This document shows positions 61,267-64,000 of a stretch of 64,000 bases of DNA, in pieces. Source of the stretch: Candidatus Latescibacterota bacterium (GTDB lineage Bacteria; Latescibacterota; UBA2968; GCA-2709665); contig CBDCOX010000002.1 of NCBI GenBank assembly GCA_965219995.1, positions 4,800,001 to 4,864,000 of the forward strand, given 5' to 3'. The position numbers were made by a program, and so were the translations under genes. The notes under the pieces are model-generated. The model saw only the letters and a list, made by a program, of their open reading frames with translations. It had not been told where the DNA came from and ran no database searches. Every line of letters starts with the position of its first letter. Position 1 is the first letter of the stretch.

Positions 61267-61623
61267 ATGACGCCAACCGGAGCGGAACGTGGGGTCGTCA
61301 CTGCACGTATCGGCCAACTCATTCGAGAGTGTGTGACCGCTCACGACCTCGGACTCTGCTGCGGCTTCGAGACAGGTTTCATCCTGGAGAGGGATCCCGA
61401 AACTGTGCGCGCCCCTGACGCCACCTTCGTCGCAAATCGCAGTATTTCCGATTCCGGCGAACCCGCCTGGTCTAGCTGCTGGAACCCGAGACTCAGGTGG
61501 TCCACGTCTACCAAGCAGATTGATATGCTGGGAACGGCTGACGACCTCAACGACGGCGACGTGCTTCTCGGGTTCCGAATGCCCGTCCAACATCTTTTAC
61601 CCCCGGATCGCCCATCGCGATGA
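61267..61623 (+). pseudogene. Uma2-family endonuclease, internally deleted but still one open frame
   Basis: Upstream GRFELVKGE, then MTPTG.E.G...ETGFILERDPETVRAPDATFV. Lacks the PDLAVEVVSP..K core; the stop overlaps the zorA ATG. Confidence 0.8.
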
Positions 61624-63326
61624 ACCTCGACTTCGCGCTCACAGAGAATTTCGTCACGTATTACTGCGTGGCCATTATAGCGATCACTTTGTTTTTCGCT
61701 ATAAAGATGGCATGGAGTGCGGTTCCTCTGAATCGTAGGCTGCGCATTGCGAAAAAGGAACTGACCGATGTTAACGGAGCATTGGATTTCGTCGACGCTT
61801 TTGAAGATTACAATAACCATGTTGAGGAGGCATTGGGTCTTCCGTGGACGGAATTCGTAGAGACACTGCTTCTTCCTGAACCGGAGTCTGGCGATCCCAT
61901 ACGCAATACTGGTGACGTGTCACGGTACCTGAACGACGCCACCATTATCTTTCCGAATATTTCGACTGGTTTCTACCAGGCAGTCCCGAATCTGCTGACG
62001 GGAATGGGCATTCTTGGGACTTTTCTCGGCCTGGCAGCGGGTGTCGGAGCAGCGAGCTCCGGTCTTGCCTCGAGTAATCCGGGTGAGATCACCAGCGCCT
62101 TACAGCAGCTTCTGGGCGGGGCGTCGCTGGCGTTCTGGACGTCAATTGTCGGAATCGTCTGTTCCATTCTCTTTGTGTTTGGCGAGCGATCTGTCACTCG
62201 AAGACTGCATATAGCGCTAGTCGATTGGGTCGGAGCCATTGAGTCACGCTTGGAGCGGGTGACGCCGGAAGGTGTTGCGCTGCAACAACTCGAGCAGGCG
62301 AGGCGTACGACGACACAACTCGAACGATTTAACACCGAGTTGATTTTCTCTCTTGAGAAGGCGCTCGATGAGAAGATCGCCGGGCGTTTGGCGCCGCAGC
62401 TCGAGCAACTCATAGAAGCAGTCGAGCAACTTCGCGCGGACCGGTCTACTGATAGTGGTCGCTTGATCAACGATGCGCTCGAAAGATTCACGGCCGCTAT
62501 GCAAGAGGGGGCGGGATCGCAGTTCGAGGAGATGGCGTCGATCGTCGCCGACTTGAACCGTACGCTGCAGGATTCGGTTTCCGGAATGTCTCAGTCGCAG
62601 CAGGACATTCGCGCGGCGCTCGATTCGGTACTTACGGCGGTCAGAACTTCGATGGATGAAGGCGCAAGCGTCATGAATAAGACGTTACAAGAATCGCTGG
62701 GTGACATCACAAGCGCCGTCACAGCCGCTTCTGAACAAATGGCAGAACGTATGACCACATCCAGCGCGACGGCTGCGGCTGAAATGTCAGATACCGTTGG
62801 GTCTGTAACTCGGCACTTGCAGTCCGCAGCGGAGAGTCTAGATCTGTCCACACAGCGAAGTGAACAGGTCTTGAGCAGCATGACGACGTTTGTCGAAGAG
62901 CTCAATGTGTTGCGCAGTACCATAGAATCCACGCACCGGCAGATCCAGTCTGCAGCGGGACCCCTCGAACGAGCCACGCGCGAGATCCGCGAAGCGAGCG
63001 ACAGGACGGCCGAAACGCTTTCGACGACGAGCAACGTGGTCGGCCGCGTCGACGAGATTGTGAATGCGCTCAGGCAGCACCAGGAGTCGATAGCGAGCGC
63101 CTGGACGCGATACCAGGAGAGATTCGAAGGCATCGACGAGTCACTTGCAGCGGTTTTCCGACAGATCGACGAAGGGCTGTCGGGGTATTGCGAGCAAGTG
63201 AAAGAGTTCGCAAACGAACTTGACAAGACGACCTCCGGGACCATCAGAGATCTGGCTGGGGCAACAGCAGAACTCAGCGAGTCCATTGAGGACCTGATCC
63301 CGCGTCTTCCGGGATCGTCGCAATGA
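61620..63326 (+). CDS. zorA: Zorya anti-phage protein ZorA
   Basis: Three TM segments with MotA/TolQ-like VPNLLTGMGILGTFLGL and GASLAFWTSIVGI, a long cytoplasmic helical tail, and ATGA coupling to a MotB/OmpA-like gene. Confidence 0.9.
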   Translation: MNLDFALTENFVTYYCVAIIAITLFFAIKMAWSAVPLNRRLRIAKKELTDVNGALDFVDAFEDYNNHVEEALGLPWTEFVETLLLPEPESGDPIRNTGDVSRYLNDATIIFPNISTGFYQAVPNLLTGMGILGTFLGLAAGVGAASSGLASSNPGEITSALQQLLGGASLAFWTSIVGIVCSILFVFGERSVTRRLHIALVDWVGAIESRLERVTPEGVALQQLEQARRTTTQLERFNTELIFSLEKALDEKIAGRLAPQLEQLIEAVEQLRADRSTDSGRLINDALERFTAAMQEGAGSQFEEMASIVADLNRTLQDSVSGMSQSQQDIRAALDSVLTAVRTSMDEGASVMNKTLQESLGDITSAVTAASEQMAERMTTSSATAAAEMSDTVGSVTRHLQSAAESLDLSTQRSEQVLSSMTTFVEELNVLRSTIESTHRQIQSAAGPLERATREIREASDRTAETLSTTSNVVGRVDEIVNALRQHQESIASAWTRYQERFEGIDESLAAVFRQIDEGLSGYCEQVKEFANELDKTTSGTIRDLAGATAELSESIEDLIPRLPGSSQ

Positions 63327-64000
63327 CAAACGGCGATAGACCAACGCAGGATGCGGGCTCCGATGGACAGAACTATCTCGCAAGCGTAAGTGACCTTGTG
63401 TCGGCGCTCATTTTTGTATTCATCATCATGCTGGCCGTGTTCGCGTTCCAACTCGCAAACGTAATCGAGGATCAGGCCAAGGTCACGGAAGAATTGACCG
63501 CTTCGGACGAAACTCGCAATCGGATGCTCCAGGACATTAAGAGCCGCCTTGAAGAGTCCGGAATGCGGGTCCAGGTACTGGCTGAGCAGGGTATCCTGCG
63601 GCTCTCGGATAACGCGATCAACTTTCCGTCCGGAAGTGAGATTCCGATTCAGGAACACCACGTAAACGTTGGACGGCTCGCGCAAGCCATTGCCGAGGTG
63701 GTACCTTGTTATGTCTCTCCCACAAATGCCGCCATGCCAGCTCTGGGTGATGGCGGCGGTATTGTCGTGAAGCACGGCGACGACTTACCCATCTACTGCC
63801 AGCCGCTAGCCGACCCCACTGCCTATCCCTGTAGAGATCGGCAGTTTCCCTGGCTACTCGAGACGTTGCTGATCGAGGGCCACACCGACGACGTGCCGGT
63901 CGCGGCTGGCAACCGCTTCCGAGATAATCTTGAGCTGGCGTCGATGCGTGCTGCGACTGTTCATCGCATGATCGCCTCGTGCGAACCGGGGTTGGAAGGT
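63323..64000 (+). CDS. zorB: Zorya ZorB (MotB/OmpA-like), truncated by window end; not in ORF track
   Basis: Hand translation: NYLASVSDLVSALIFVFIIMLAVFAF (TM with conserved Asp), GILRL...F.SG, VVPCY, LIEGHTDDVP, DNLELASMRA; open to the end of the window. Confidence 0.9.
   Translation, partial: MTNGDRPTQDAGSDGQNYLASVSDLVSALIFVFIIMLAVFAFQLANVIEDQAKVTEELTASDETRNRMLQDIKSRLEESGMRVQVLAEQGILRLSDNAINFPSGSEIPIQEHHVNVGRLAQAIAEVVPCYVSPTNAAMPALGDGGGIVVKHGDDLPIYCQPLADPTAYPCRDRQFPWLLETLLIEGHTDDVPVAAGNRFRDNLELASMRAATVHRMIASCEPGLEG

Overview
A GC-rich bacterial chromosome segment of mostly catabolic and housekeeping genes: sulfatase, cinA-like, infA, TonB receptor/TonB, Lhr helicase, PhyH, ankyrin and BNR proteins, ABC-F, ECF sigma, acyl-CoA ligases/thiolase, proA, M16 protease and acetolactate synthase. 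The gene content resembles uncultured host-associated lineages, but that is inference only. I saw no rRNA, tRNA, CRISPR array, integrase or transposase. Accessory or defence elements: an orphan DNA methyltransferase; a lower-GC gene fusing a restriction-enzyme-type N-terminal domain to a nitrilase/amidase domain (best candidate for an undescribed system); a catalytically degenerate MNT antitoxin; and, at the right edge, the start of a Zorya operon (zorA complete, zorB truncated by the window). The zorA start codon overlaps the stop of a frame-rescued Uma2 pseudogene. Intergenic regions hold several families of short non-autonomous repeats, some nested inside themselves and sitting at accessory-gene boundaries. 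All calls come from motifs read by eye; no database searches were run.
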